DNA from: Thermoplasmata archaeon
GTDB lineage: Archaea; Thermoplasmatota; Thermoplasmata; Lutacidiplasmatales; UBA184
Length of the DNA: 64,000 nucleotides
NCBI GenBank assembly: GCA_033854115.1
Contig: JAWOKS010000002.1
Location: forward strand, 9,984 to 73,983
Direction: 5' to 3'
How positions within the stretch are numbered: position 1 is the stretch's first letter; each line of letters begins with the position of its first letter. Both the position numbers and the translations under genes were made by a program. Below the pieces are notes generated by a model, which did not search any database, had not been told where the DNA came from, and saw only the letters and a program-made list of their open reading frames with translations. This document shows positions 1 through 9,353 of the stretch, one piece after another.

Positions 1-216
1 AGCGCGGAGGACGCGCTCGAGTACCTCATGGCCGGGGCGAGCGCGGTCGAGGTCGGGACGCAGGTCGCGTTCGACGGGATCAGGGTCTTCGGCGCGCTCG
101 CGGACGGCCTCGGCCGCCTGCTCGACGATCTCGGGATCCCGAGCGTCGGCGAGGCGGTCGGCCTCGCCCGCGCCTCGGCGGCCGCGGAGCCCGCCCTCGG
201 CCGTCCGAGCCGCTAA
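1..216 (+). CDS. pyrD: dihydroorotate dehydrogenase catalytic subunit, C-terminal fragment (open at window start)
   Basis: Frame 1 reads SAEDALEYLMAGASAVEVGTQVAFDG..., the conserved C-terminal end of class 1B DHODH. pyrK follows immediately. Confidence 0.7.
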   Translation, partial: SAEDALEYLMAGASAVEVGTQVAFDGIRVFGALADGLGRLLDDLGIPSVGEAVGLARASAAAEPALGRPSR

Positions 217-242
217 GAGGGGGCCGTCGCTCGCGGGGTCCC

Positions 243-1019
243 GTGCGCTCGGTCGTCCGGGTCGAAGCGGTCGTGCCCGAGACCCCCTCGACGGTCACGC
301 TCCGCTTCCCGTACGAGCCGGAGGCCGCCCCGGGCCAGTTCGTGATGCTCTGGCTCCCCGGCGACGACGAGCTGCCGATGTCGCTCTCCTACACCCGGGG
401 GCGGTCGAAGGGCGTGACCGTGAAGGCGATGGGCGAGACGAGCCGCCATGTCCTCGCGACCCGCGTGGGGACGGCGGTCGGCGTCCGGGGCCCCTACGGC
501 AACCGCTTCGACCCGAGGGTGCGCCGCCTGCTCGCGGTCGCGGGGGGATCGGGCGCAGCGGTGCTCGCCCCCGCCGTCGAGGCGGCGCGGGCGGCCGGCG
601 CGGCGGTGACGGTGGCGCTCGGCGGCACGACGGGGCGCGAGCTCCTGTTCGCCGACCGCCTCCGTGCCGCCGGGGCCGAGGTCGTCGTCGCGACCGACGA
701 CGGCTCGGTCGGGGAACGCGGGTTCGTCACGGTCCCGGCGGGCCGCCTCCTCGCCGAGCGAACGTTCGACGCCGTGTGGACCTGCGGGCCCGAGGTGATG
801 ATGGTGAAGGTCGCGGAGCTCGCGGCGCGCGCGGGGGTCCGGACGTACTGCTCGGTGGAGCGGCACATGAAATGCGCCCTCGGCATGTGCGACGCCTGCG
901 CCCTCGGACCCTTCCACGTCTGCGTGGACGGGCCGGTCTTCGAGGCCGGGGAGCTCGTCGGCCGCACCGAGTTCGGCCGCTACCATCGGGACGCCTCCGG
1001 CCGTCGCGTGCCGTGGTAA
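243..1019 (+). CDS. pyrK: dihydroorotate dehydrogenase electron-transfer subunit
   Basis: GTG start. Ferredoxin-reductase-like fold (GQFVMLWLPG, AGGSGAA) and C-terminal 2Fe-2S Cys cluster CALGMCDACALGPFHVC. Adjacent to pyrD. Confidence 0.85.
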   Translation: MRSVVRVEAVVPETPSTVTLRFPYEPEAAPGQFVMLWLPGDDELPMSLSYTRGRSKGVTVKAMGETSRHVLATRVGTAVGVRGPYGNRFDPRVRRLLAVAGGSGAAVLAPAVEAARAAGAAVTVALGGTTGRELLFADRLRAAGAEVVVATDDGSVGERGFVTVPAGRLLAERTFDAVWTCGPEVMMVKVAELAARAGVRTYCSVERHMKCALGMCDACALGPFHVCVDGPVFEAGELVGRTEFGRYHRDASGRRVPW

Positions 1020-1111
1020 GGCGGCGCGCGCCCGCCGCGACCACCCTCCGGGACCCGGGCGCCGCCCTAGTCTTTATGCTCGCGGCCCACTACGACGCGC
1101 CGTACGCGTCG

Positions 1112-2746
1112 ATGAAGGTCCTGGTCGTCAGCGGGGGAGTGATCTCAGGGCTCGGGAAGGGGATCACGACCTCGTCGCTCGGGCGGCTCTTGAAGGCCCG
1201 CGGGGTCTCCGTGACGATCGTCAAGATCGACCCGTACCTCAACGTCGACGCGGGGACGATGAACCCCTACCAGCACGGCGAGGTGTTCGTGCTGGACGAC
1301 GGCACCGAGGCCGACCTCGACCTCGGCAACTACGAGCGGTTCCTCGACCAGAACCTTTCGGGGACCCACAACCTCACGACGGGCAAGATCTACCGCTCGG
1401 TGATCGAGAAGGAGCGTCGCGGCGACTACCTCGGCAACACCGTCCAGATCATCCCCCACGTGACCGGCGAGATCAAGCGCACGATCCGCGAGGTCGCCGA
1501 GGCCGCCGGGGCCGAGGTCGTCCTGGTCGAGGTCGGCGGCACGGTCGGCGACATCGAGTCGATGCCGTTCCTCGAGGCGCTGCGCGAGCTCTCCTACGAG
1601 CTCGGCGAGGGCCGGATGGCGTTCGTCCACACGACGCTCGTCCCCGTCGTCGGGCCCGTCGGCGAGGCGAAGACGAAGCCGACTCAGCACTCGGTCCGCG
1701 AGCTGCGCGCGATCGGCATCCGGCCGAACCTCATCATCGCGCGGGGCCCCGCCCCGCTCACCCCGGACATCAAGGCGAAGATCTCGCTCTTCTGCGACGT
1801 CGCGCCCGAGGCCGTGATCTCGGTGCCCGACCAGTCGACCATCTACGAGGTCCCGCTCGTCCTCGAGGCCCAGGGCGTCGGTCCGCTCCTCGCGCGCCTC
1901 CTGCGCCTTCCCGAGCGCGAGCCGGACTACGCCGCGTGGAAGAAGTTCCTCGCGACCTACCGCGCGGCCGAGCGGTCGGTCGAGATCGCGGTCGTCGGCA
2001 AGTACACCGAGCTGCGCGACGCCTACCTCTCGCACTCCGAGGCGTTCCACCACGTCCAGGGCCACCTCGGGGTCGACATCCGCCTCCAGTGGTACGACTC
2101 CGAGGACCTGCCGAAGAACCCGGCGCTCGTCGCCCGCCTCGAGAGGTCGGACGGCGTCCTCGTCCCCGGCGGGTTCGGGAGCCGCGGCGTCGAGGGGAAG
2201 ATCCGCGCGATCGAGATCGCCCGCCGGTTCGAGGTCCCGTACCTCGGGGTCTGCTACGGCTTCCAGATGGCGGCGGTCGAGTTCGCCCGCAACGTCCTCG
2301 GCCTCGCGCCCGCGACGTCCACGGAGATCGACCCGGCGACCCCGGAGCCCGTCGTCTGCCTCCTCGAGGAGCAGCGGTCCCAGGCCGACCTCGGCGGGAC
2401 GATGCGGCTCGGCGCACAACGGGTCGTGCTGCGCCCGGAGTCGCGCCTCGCGAAGCTCTACGGGCGCACCGAGATCTGGGAACGCCACCGGCACCGCTAC
2501 GAGATCAACCCGAAGTACGCCGGCCCGTTCGCCGCGCACGGCCTCGCCGTGACCGGCTCGGCCGTCGACGGCCGGATCGAGGCGCTCGAGCTCACGGGCC
2601 ACCCGTTCTTCGTCGGGGTGCAGTACCATCCGGAGTTCCTCTCGCGTCCGGAGTCCCCCCACCCTCTCTACCTCGGGCTGGTGCGGGCCGCGGTCGCCCA
2701 CCAGGAGGTCGCTCGCCGTGCCGCTCCCGCGCCGACTGTCGCGTGA
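1112..2746 (+). CDS. pyrG: CTP synthase
   Basis: MKVLVVSGGVISGLGKGITTSSLG N-terminus, GATase motifs GVCYGFQ and HRHRYE, 544 aa. The 776-1111 part of the track ORF overlaps pyrK and is not conserved. Confidence 0.95.
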   Translation: MKVLVVSGGVISGLGKGITTSSLGRLLKARGVSVTIVKIDPYLNVDAGTMNPYQHGEVFVLDDGTEADLDLGNYERFLDQNLSGTHNLTTGKIYRSVIEKERRGDYLGNTVQIIPHVTGEIKRTIREVAEAAGAEVVLVEVGGTVGDIESMPFLEALRELSYELGEGRMAFVHTTLVPVVGPVGEAKTKPTQHSVRELRAIGIRPNLIIARGPAPLTPDIKAKISLFCDVAPEAVISVPDQSTIYEVPLVLEAQGVGPLLARLLRLPEREPDYAAWKKFLATYRAAERSVEIAVVGKYTELRDAYLSHSEAFHHVQGHLGVDIRLQWYDSEDLPKNPALVARLERSDGVLVPGGFGSRGVEGKIRAIEIARRFEVPYLGVCYGFQMAAVEFARNVLGLAPATSTEIDPATPEPVVCLLEEQRSQADLGGTMRLGAQRVVLRPESRLAKLYGRTEIWERHRHRYEINPKYAGPFAAHGLAVTGSAVDGRIEALELTGHPFFVGVQYHPEFLSRPESPHPLYLGLVRAAVAHQEVARRAAPAPTVA

Positions 2747-4028
2747 GCTCGCCGCGCGGGACGGCGAGGTCGTCCGGATCGCGGGTCACCTCGAGGACTA
2801 CCGGGCGCTCGGCGGGGTCGCCTTCGCGCTCGTGCGCGACCGCTCCGGAACGACGCAGGTCACCCTCAAGAAGGGCACGACCGCCCCGGAGCTCTTCGCG
2901 AGCCTCGAGGGGCTCGCCCGAGAGTCGGTCGTCGAGGTCGAGGGAACCGTCCAGGTCTCGTCCCGCTCCCGCCGCGGCGTCGAGGTCCTCGCCCAGAAGC
3001 TCACCGTGATCTCGCCGGCCGAGGTCCCGCTCCCTCTCGGCGTCGTCGACCGGGTCCCCGCGGAGCTCGGGACCCGGCTCGACCATCGCGTCCTCGACCT
3101 GAGGAAGCCCGCCGTCCGGGCGATCTTCGAGCTCCGGGCGGAGCTCCTCGCCGCGTTCCGCACCGCGTTCGTGCGGCGCGGGTTCCTCGAGGTCGAGACC
3201 CCGAAGCTCCTGCGCCAGGGGGCGGAGGGCGGGGCCACGCTGTTCTCGGTCGACTACTTCGGCGCCCCCGCGTTCCTCGCGCAGAGCCCGCAGCTCTACA
3301 AGCAGATGCTCATCGGCGCGGGCTTCGAGCGGGTCTTCGAGATCGCCCCCGCGTTCCGCGCCGAGCCGTCCGACACCGTCCGCCACATCACCGAGTTCAC
3401 GAGCCTCGACGCCGAGGTCGGCTACCTCGAGAGCGCCGAGGCGCTCCGCGGGCTCCTCGAGGAGATCGTCGTCGACACCGTCACGGGGACGCGGGAGGCG
3501 CTCGCGCGGGCCAGCAACCCCCTCGCGGACGGGATCCCCGAGCTCGTCGTCCCGTTCCCGCGGGTGCCGTTCTCCACCGCCGAGGGCTGGCTCGGCCAGG
3601 CGGGCCGGGGCCAGGACTTCGGGACCGAGGAGGAGAAGGCGATCGGGGAGCGGGTCCAGCGCGAGCTCGGGGCCCCGTTCTACTTCCTCACCGACTACCC
3701 GACCTCGGTGAAGGCCCAGACGTTCTACGCCGCCCGGAAGGACGACGACCCGGCGACGACCATGTACTTCGACCTCGGCTACCGCGGGCTCGAGATCGCG
3801 AGCGGGGGCCCGCGCGAGCACCGGGCCGACCGCCTGCTCCAGAACCTCCGCGCCGCCGGGCTCGCCCCGGAGCGGTTCTCCGGCTACCTCGAGGCGTTCC
3901 GGTTCGGGATCCCCCCGCACGGCGGCTGGGGGCTCGGCATCGACCGCCTGGTCCAGGCGCTCGCCGGGCTCGCTAATATACGCGAGAGCCGCCTCTTCCC
4001 GCGCGACCGGTACCGCCTCGAACCGTGA
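2718..4028 (+). CDS. aspS: aspartyl-tRNA synthetase (archaeal type)
   Basis: GTG start. OB-fold N-terminus (VRIAGHLEDYRALGGVAFALVRDRSGTTQV), class II motifs FRAEPS and GGWGLGIDRLV. Overlaps the pyrG end by 29 nt. Confidence 0.95.
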   Translation: MPLPRRLSRELAARDGEVVRIAGHLEDYRALGGVAFALVRDRSGTTQVTLKKGTTAPELFASLEGLARESVVEVEGTVQVSSRSRRGVEVLAQKLTVISPAEVPLPLGVVDRVPAELGTRLDHRVLDLRKPAVRAIFELRAELLAAFRTAFVRRGFLEVETPKLLRQGAEGGATLFSVDYFGAPAFLAQSPQLYKQMLIGAGFERVFEIAPAFRAEPSDTVRHITEFTSLDAEVGYLESAEALRGLLEEIVVDTVTGTREALARASNPLADGIPELVVPFPRVPFSTAEGWLGQAGRGQDFGTEEEKAIGERVQRELGAPFYFLTDYPTSVKAQTFYAARKDDDPATTMYFDLGYRGLEIASGGPREHRADRLLQNLRAAGLAPERFSGYLEAFRFGIPPHGGWGLGIDRLVQALAGLANIRESRLFPRDRYRLEP

Positions 4029-4044
4029 GGAGCGTGAAGCATCG

Positions 4045-6141
4045 ATGGTCGTCGCGCGGACCACCCTCGCGCCCCAGGCCGAGCTCCAGGTCAAGTGGGC
4101 CGCCGTGCTCGAAGAGGCGGGCCTGAGGCCCCGCATCCTTCAGATCTTCGACCGATACCCCGAGGAGCGCTCGCTCGAGGTGCCGTTCGCGGTCGTCGAC
4201 GCGGTCGACACGTCGCTCGCCGACGCGGTCCTCGAGCGGCCCGAGGAGGTGCTCGACGCCGGGATCCGGGCGATGCGGGAGCTGCTCCCGGTCGCCGGAC
4301 CGGACGCGGGCGGCCTCCGCCTGCGCCTGGTCGGCCTCCCGTCGACCGCGACGCGGCTCGTCCGCGCGGTGCGGGAGAGCGACCTCAACCGCCTCATCGC
4401 GATCGACGGCATCGTCCGCCGGGTCACCGAGGTCCGGCCCCAGATCCGCGACGCCGTCTTCGAGTGCGTCGCCTGCCGCACGAAGTTCCACGAACCGCAG
4501 GACGAGGCGTCGCTCGTCTTCCGCGAGCCGCTCGAGTGCCCGAGCTGCGAGAAGACGCAGGGGCGGACCCGCTTTCGCTTCGTCCCCGAGGAGTCGACGT
4601 TCGTCGACGCGCAGCGGATCGAGATCCAGGAGCGGCCCGAGACGCTGAAGCACGGGGCCCACCCCCAGGGGCTCTCCGTCCTCCTCGTCGAGGACCTCGC
4701 GGGGAAGGTCCTCCCCGGCAACCGGATCATCCTCAACGGGGTCGTGAAGAGCTTCCAGCGGGCGACCGCCGGCCGGGGCGGGGTCGTCCGCAACACGACG
4801 TTCGACGTGATGGTCCTCGCGAACTCGTTCGAGTCGAAGAGCCTCGAGTACACCGAGCTCGAGATCCGCCCGGAGGACGTCGTGCTCATCGAGAAGTTCC
4901 GCGACGACCCGACGGTCGTCGACAAGATCGTCCTCTCCTTGGCCCCGACGATCAAGGGGATGGAGGAGGAGAAGGAGGCGATCGCCCTCCAGCTGTTCGG
5001 CGGCGTCCCGAAGGTCCACCCGGACGGGGTCCGGGTCCGCGGGGACATCCACGTCCTCCTGGTCGGCGACCCGGGCGTCGCGAAGAGCCAGCTCCTCCGC
5101 TACATCTCCCAGGTCGCGCCCCGCGGGATCTACGCGAGCGGCAAGGGGACGACCGCCGCCGGCCTCACGGCGGCCGCGGTGAAGGACGACTTCGCGGGCG
5201 GACGCTGGGTCCTCGAGGCGGGGATGCTCGTCCTCGCGGACGGGGGGATGGCGGTGATCGACGAGCTCGACAAGATGTCGCCCGAGGACCGCTCGGCGAT
5301 GCACGAGGCGCTCGAGCAGCAGACGGTCTCGATCGCGAAGGCGGGGATCACCTCGACGCTCAACGCTCGCTGCCCGGTCCTCGCGGCGGCGAACCCGAAG
5401 CTCGGCCGATTCACCAACGACCGCTCGATCGCCGAGCAGATCGACCTCCCGCCGACGCTTCTCTCCCGGTTCGACGTGATCTTCTCGATCCGCGACCAGC
5501 CGAACCAGGACCGCGACCGGAGCCTCGCGAGCCGCATCCTCGCCTCGCACCGCGACGTCGGGAGCCCCCGGGGGGCCGTTCCCGCCGAGGCGCTCCCGCC
5601 GTTCTCCCCCGACCTCCTCAAGAAGTACGTCGCCCACGCGCGCACGGTGCGTCCCCGGCTCTCGGACGAGGCGCTCTCGGTCCTCGAGGACTTCTACGTC
5701 CGCGTGCGCCGCCAGGGGGAGGAGCCGGACGCCCCCGTCCCCATCACCGCGCGCCAGCTCGAAGCGCTCGTCCGCCTGAGCGAGGCGGCGGCGCGGGCCC
5801 GCCTCAGCGAGACCGTGCGCCCGGAGGACGCCCAGCGGGCGATCCGCATCGTGGAGTCGTACCTTCGGCGCGTCGCGATGACCCCGGAGGGGCGGATCGA
5901 CATCGACATCACCCAGACCGGGGTGAGCCACAGCCAGCGGGAGCAGTTCGAGATCGCCCGCGCGACGATGCACGAGCTCCAGGGCGGGCCGGGCGGGCTC
6001 TTCGGCATGAGCGAGTACCTCGCGGCGATGGACCAGCGCGGCATCCCCGCAGGCCGGGCGGAGGCGATCCTGCAGACGCTCCGCAACCAGGGTGAGGTCA
6101 TCGAGCCGAGGACCGACCGCTTCCAGCTGACCCGCTTCTAG
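4045..6141 (+). CDS. mcm: MCM replicative helicase
   Basis: Zn finger CVAC...CPSC, Walker A GDPGVAKSQ, Walker B IDELDKM, arginine finger SRFDVIF. At 698 aa there is no room for an intein. Confidence 0.95.
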   Translation: MVVARTTLAPQAELQVKWAAVLEEAGLRPRILQIFDRYPEERSLEVPFAVVDAVDTSLADAVLERPEEVLDAGIRAMRELLPVAGPDAGGLRLRLVGLPSTATRLVRAVRESDLNRLIAIDGIVRRVTEVRPQIRDAVFECVACRTKFHEPQDEASLVFREPLECPSCEKTQGRTRFRFVPEESTFVDAQRIEIQERPETLKHGAHPQGLSVLLVEDLAGKVLPGNRIILNGVVKSFQRATAGRGGVVRNTTFDVMVLANSFESKSLEYTELEIRPEDVVLIEKFRDDPTVVDKIVLSLAPTIKGMEEEKEAIALQLFGGVPKVHPDGVRVRGDIHVLLVGDPGVAKSQLLRYISQVAPRGIYASGKGTTAAGLTAAAVKDDFAGGRWVLEAGMLVLADGGMAVIDELDKMSPEDRSAMHEALEQQTVSIAKAGITSTLNARCPVLAAANPKLGRFTNDRSIAEQIDLPPTLLSRFDVIFSIRDQPNQDRDRSLASRILASHRDVGSPRGAVPAEALPPFSPDLLKKYVAHARTVRPRLSDEALSVLEDFYVRVRRQGEEPDAPVPITARQLEALVRLSEAAARARLSETVRPEDAQRAIRIVESYLRRVAMTPEGRIDIDITQTGVSHSQREQFEIARATMHELQGGPGGLFGMSEYLAAMDQRGIPAGRAEAILQTLRNQGEVIEPRTDRFQLTRF

Positions 6142-6185
6142 GGGCGGAGAACGATCCCCTCGGAACCGCTCGCCGGTCCGACCGA

Positions 6186-6193
6186 CATATATC
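6186..6193 (+). promoter_or_regulatory. TATA-like box upstream of DUF424 gene
   Basis: CATATATC in an otherwise GC-rich spacer, about 40 nt before GTG 6231. Confidence 0.4.
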
Positions 6194-6230
6194 CGACCCC
6201 GAACCTCGGTGGGGCCGGAGGGCCGGGCGC

Positions 6231-6542
6231 GTGAGCGGGTTCGTCATGCGGATCCACCGGGTCCGCGCGGAGATCGTCGTCGCCGCGTGCGACGCGGAGC
6301 TCCTCGGGCGCGAGCTCGAGGTGGGCGAGCACGGCCGCACGGTCACGGTCTCGAGCCACTTCTACGGGGAGCGCCCCGTCACCGACGAGGAGCTGCTCTG
6401 GGCGCTCGAGCGCGCCACCGTCGCGAACCTCCTCGGCGAGCGGGTCCTGAAGCTCGCGTGCGAGCACGGCCACGTGCGCGCGGAGGCGACCTCCCGGCTC
6501 GGCGGGATCCCGCATGCCGAGATCTTCGCCATGACCGGTTGA
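6231..6542 (+). CDS. DUF424 family protein
   Basis: Pattern AACDAELLGRE...VSSHFYGERPVTDEE...GGIPHAEIF matches the archaeal DUF424 family. The start may instead be the internal Met at 6246. Confidence 0.75.
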   Translation: MSGFVMRIHRVRAEIVVAACDAELLGRELEVGEHGRTVTVSSHFYGERPVTDEELLWALERATVANLLGERVLKLACEHGHVRAEATSRLGGIPHAEIFAMTG

Positions 6543-6554
6543 GCCCGGACCCCG

Positions 6555-7343
6555 ATGTCGTCCGACGAGTTCTGCGTCGTCTGCGGCCGCACCGGCCGGC
6601 CGCTCACGGACGGCGTCTGCGCGGAATGCGCCGCCGCGCGGAGGGCCCTCGTCCGGGTCCCCGAGCAGGTCGAGCTCGTCCTCTGCCCGCAGTGCGGGGC
6701 CCGCCGCACCGGCAACCGCTGGGAGCGCTCGGGCGCCTCCTCGGTCCTCACGGGCGAGGACCTCGGCCCGTTCCTCGAGGTCGACCCCGAGGTCGGGGTC
6801 CGCGAGGTCCGCTGGGAGGAGCACGGCGGGACGCCGTCGCTCCGCGAGCTCGTCGGCCACGCTCGGGTCCGCTTCCGCGGGCTCGAACGGGAGGTCGAGC
6901 TCCCGCTCCGGGCGCGCGTGCTCGGCCGCACCTGCCCGACCTGCGGCCGTCGGAGCGGACGGTACTACACCGCGATCGTCCAGCTCCGCGGCGCGGAGGG
7001 GACGCGCTCGAAGCATCCGCGCGAGCTCCGCGAACGCCTGGATGCGGTCTGGGAGGAGCTCTGGAAGGAGGCGCGGCCCGACTGGCGCAAGGCCGTCGCC
7101 TGGCGGGAGGAGCTCCCCGAGGGCTGGGACGTCTACTTCTCCGAGACCCTGGCGGCGCGGTCGGTCGCGCGCCTCGCGAAGCAGCGGTACGGGATCCGCA
7201 TCGTCGAATCGGCGAGCCTCTTCGGCCGAAAGAACGGCCAGGAGGTCTACCGGGTGACGTTCTGCCTTCGATTCCCCGAGGCGTCCGCCGGGGGTGCGGC
7301 CCGCCCGTCGAGGCGTCGGCCGGACCGACCCGTCGAACGATAG
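6555..7343 (+). CDS. NMD3 family (ribosomal large-subunit biogenesis/export factor homolog)
   Basis: Cys pairs CVVCG...CAEC, CPQCG and CPTCG, followed by the YYTAIVQLRG signature of the NMD3 N-terminal domain. Confidence 0.75.
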   Translation: MSSDEFCVVCGRTGRPLTDGVCAECAAARRALVRVPEQVELVLCPQCGARRTGNRWERSGASSVLTGEDLGPFLEVDPEVGVREVRWEEHGGTPSLRELVGHARVRFRGLEREVELPLRARVLGRTCPTCGRRSGRYYTAIVQLRGAEGTRSKHPRELRERLDAVWEELWKEARPDWRKAVAWREELPEGWDVYFSETLAARSVARLAKQRYGIRIVESASLFGRKNGQEVYRVTFCLRFPEASAGGAARPSRRRPDRPVER

Positions 7344-7396
7344 CCTTAAGAAACGACCCCGCCGTCGAGTCGCCGGGAGCGGGCGAGGTCCGGCGC

Positions 7397-7777
7397 ATGA
7401 TGAAGAAAAGCGGCATCCTCCGGCGGCACCACGGAAACGAGACGTTGGAAGAGGGGTCGTTCCTCGACCTCGGCGCGATGCAGTTCGAGGACGAGGCCGC
7501 GGGCCTCGCGGGCGCGCACGGCAACGTCCGCCTCGCGGAGCTCCTCCGCTTCGAGGACCTGCATACCGTCTCGAAGCTCGCCTACCAGGGCGACATCGTC
7601 CTGGTCGACTACACCTCGATCGCGAACGACCAGATCGCCATGAAGCGGCTGAGCGTCGACCTCAAGAACGTTGCGAAGGATACGGGTGGGGATGTCGCCG
7701 GCATCGCGAAGAACCTCCTCGCGATCACTCCGGCCGGGATCCGCATCGACCGGCAGAAGCTCCGCCCCTCGTTCTGA
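7397..7777 (+). CDS. sepF: SepF-like cell division protein (DUF552)
   Basis: ATG-ATG start inside the longer track ORF. GDIVLVDYTSIANDQIAMKRLSVDLKNVAKDTGGDVAGI...ITPAGIRI matches the SepF core. Confidence 0.7.
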   Translation: MMKKSGILRRHHGNETLEEGSFLDLGAMQFEDEAAGLAGAHGNVRLAELLRFEDLHTVSKLAYQGDIVLVDYTSIANDQIAMKRLSVDLKNVAKDTGGDVAGIAKNLLAITPAGIRIDRQKLRPSF

Positions 7778-7790
7778 GCCCCCCCCGGGC

Positions 7791-9323
7791 GTGCGGGTCG
7801 CGCTGGACCGGCGCGACCCGCTCGAGGTCCGTCCCGACGTCGTCGTGACCGGGCTGTTCGAGCGCGGCGAGGGGGAGGCCCCGGTCCCCGAGCTGCTCCG
7901 CGCGGACGACGTGGCGACCGCGGGCGCGCTCCGCGCCGCTTGGATCCGCCACGAGCTCAAGGGGAAGCGGAAGGAACTGACGATCATCCACCGGCCGGGC
8001 GACGGGGGTCGCCTCGCCTACGCCGGGCTCGGGCCGCGGGGCTCGTTCTCCGCGGAAGTGGTCCGCCGGGCCGCGGCCGAGGTCGTGAAGGCCCTCCGCG
8101 GCCGCGGGGTGAAGACGGTCGCGTTTCGGCTCGCCTCGTTCGTGGCCGGCCCGGTCGGGGGGGCGGCGGCGGTGCGCGCGCTCGCCGACGGGGCGACGCT
8201 CGGCGGCTACGAGTTCGTCCGCTACAAGGAGTCGCGCGACCCGGGCGTCGAGCAGGTGACGATCGGCCTCGGACCGAGCTTCGCCCGGGACGAGCCGACG
8301 CTCGCCGCGGCGCTCTCCGAGGAGATGACGATCCTCGGCGTGACGCTCTGGACGCGCGAGATCGCGAACCTGCCCGCGGACACGGCGAGCCCCGCGTTCC
8401 TCGCGACGCAGGCCGAGGGCCTCGGGCGCGAGCTCGGCCTCCAGGTGACGGTGTTCGATGAGCGGCAGCTGGCCGAGATGGGCTGTGGGGGCCTCCTCGC
8501 CGTCGGCGGCGGGTCGGCCCATCCCCCGCGGATGGTCGTCCTCGACTACCCCGGCCAGGGCCGGCCCCCGAAGACGGTCGCGCTCGTCGGGAAGGGGATC
8601 ACGTTCGATTCCGGCGGGATCTCGATCAAGGCCGCGCCCCAGATGGCGAACATGAAGTTCGACAAGTCCGGCGCGGTCGCGGTCCTCGGGGCGGTGCGCG
8701 CCGCCGCGCTCCTCAAGGTGCGTCCGCGCGTGGTCGGCGTCCTCTGCTGCGCGGAGAACGTGCCGAGCGGGACGTCCTACCGCCCGGGCGACGTCGTCCG
8801 GACGTTCAGCGGCCGGACGATCGAGGTCCTGAACACGGACGCGGAGGGGCGGGTGGTCCTCGCGGACGGGCTCGGCTACGTCACGAAGACCGTGAAGCCG
8901 GACGTCGTGATCGACCTCGCGACCCTCACCGGCGCCGAAGTGGTCGCGCTCGGCGACGACACCGCGGGGCTCATCTCCACGGACGAGCCGCTCGCGCGGG
9001 CGCTCCTCGCGGCGAGCGCGGTGACGGGCGAGCCGGTCTGGCGGATGCCGCTCACCGACTACCACCGCGAGCTCGTGAAGAGCGACGTCGGCGACGTCCG
9101 CAACTCGACCGAGATCACGGTCGCGGGGATGCTGACCGCGGCCGCGTTCCTCGAGAAGTTTGTCGACGGGCGGGCGTGGGCCCACCTGGACATCGCCGGC
9201 CCGGCCTACACGACGCTCACCACCCGCAAGTACCAGCCGGCGTACCAGAACTTCGGCGCGACCGCCTTCGGTGTGCGCCTGCTCGCCCGCTACCTCCTCG
9301 ACAGCGGCTCCTCGGGGAGCTAG
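7791..9323 (+). CDS. pepA: leucyl aminopeptidase (M17 family)
   Basis: GTG start just after the sepF stop. Motifs VGKGITFDSGGISIK and NTDAEGR. Confidence 0.9.
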   Translation: MRVALDRRDPLEVRPDVVVTGLFERGEGEAPVPELLRADDVATAGALRAAWIRHELKGKRKELTIIHRPGDGGRLAYAGLGPRGSFSAEVVRRAAAEVVKALRGRGVKTVAFRLASFVAGPVGGAAAVRALADGATLGGYEFVRYKESRDPGVEQVTIGLGPSFARDEPTLAAALSEEMTILGVTLWTREIANLPADTASPAFLATQAEGLGRELGLQVTVFDERQLAEMGCGGLLAVGGGSAHPPRMVVLDYPGQGRPPKTVALVGKGITFDSGGISIKAAPQMANMKFDKSGAVAVLGAVRAAALLKVRPRVVGVLCCAENVPSGTSYRPGDVVRTFSGRTIEVLNTDAEGRVVLADGLGYVTKTVKPDVVIDLATLTGAEVVALGDDTAGLISTDEPLARALLAASAVTGEPVWRMPLTDYHRELVKSDVGDVRNSTEITVAGMLTAAAFLEKFVDGRAWAHLDIAGPAYTTLTTRKYQPAYQNFGATAFGVRLLARYLLDSGSSGS

Positions 9324-9353
9324 GCCAGCGCCGCGCGCGTCCGGGCGGGCGGC

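Noticed and set aside
776-1111. N-terminal extension of the pyrG track ORF
   Set aside because: It overlaps the pyrK coding frame and is Arg/Gly-rich. The conserved CTP synthase N-terminus starts at ATG 1112.
4045-6141. Possible inteins in MCM (also considered for Cdc48 and RpoB)
   Set aside because: Protein lengths are normal and the motifs are contiguous. The only extra segment (RpoB 63293-63451) is far too short for an intein and lacks intein blocks.
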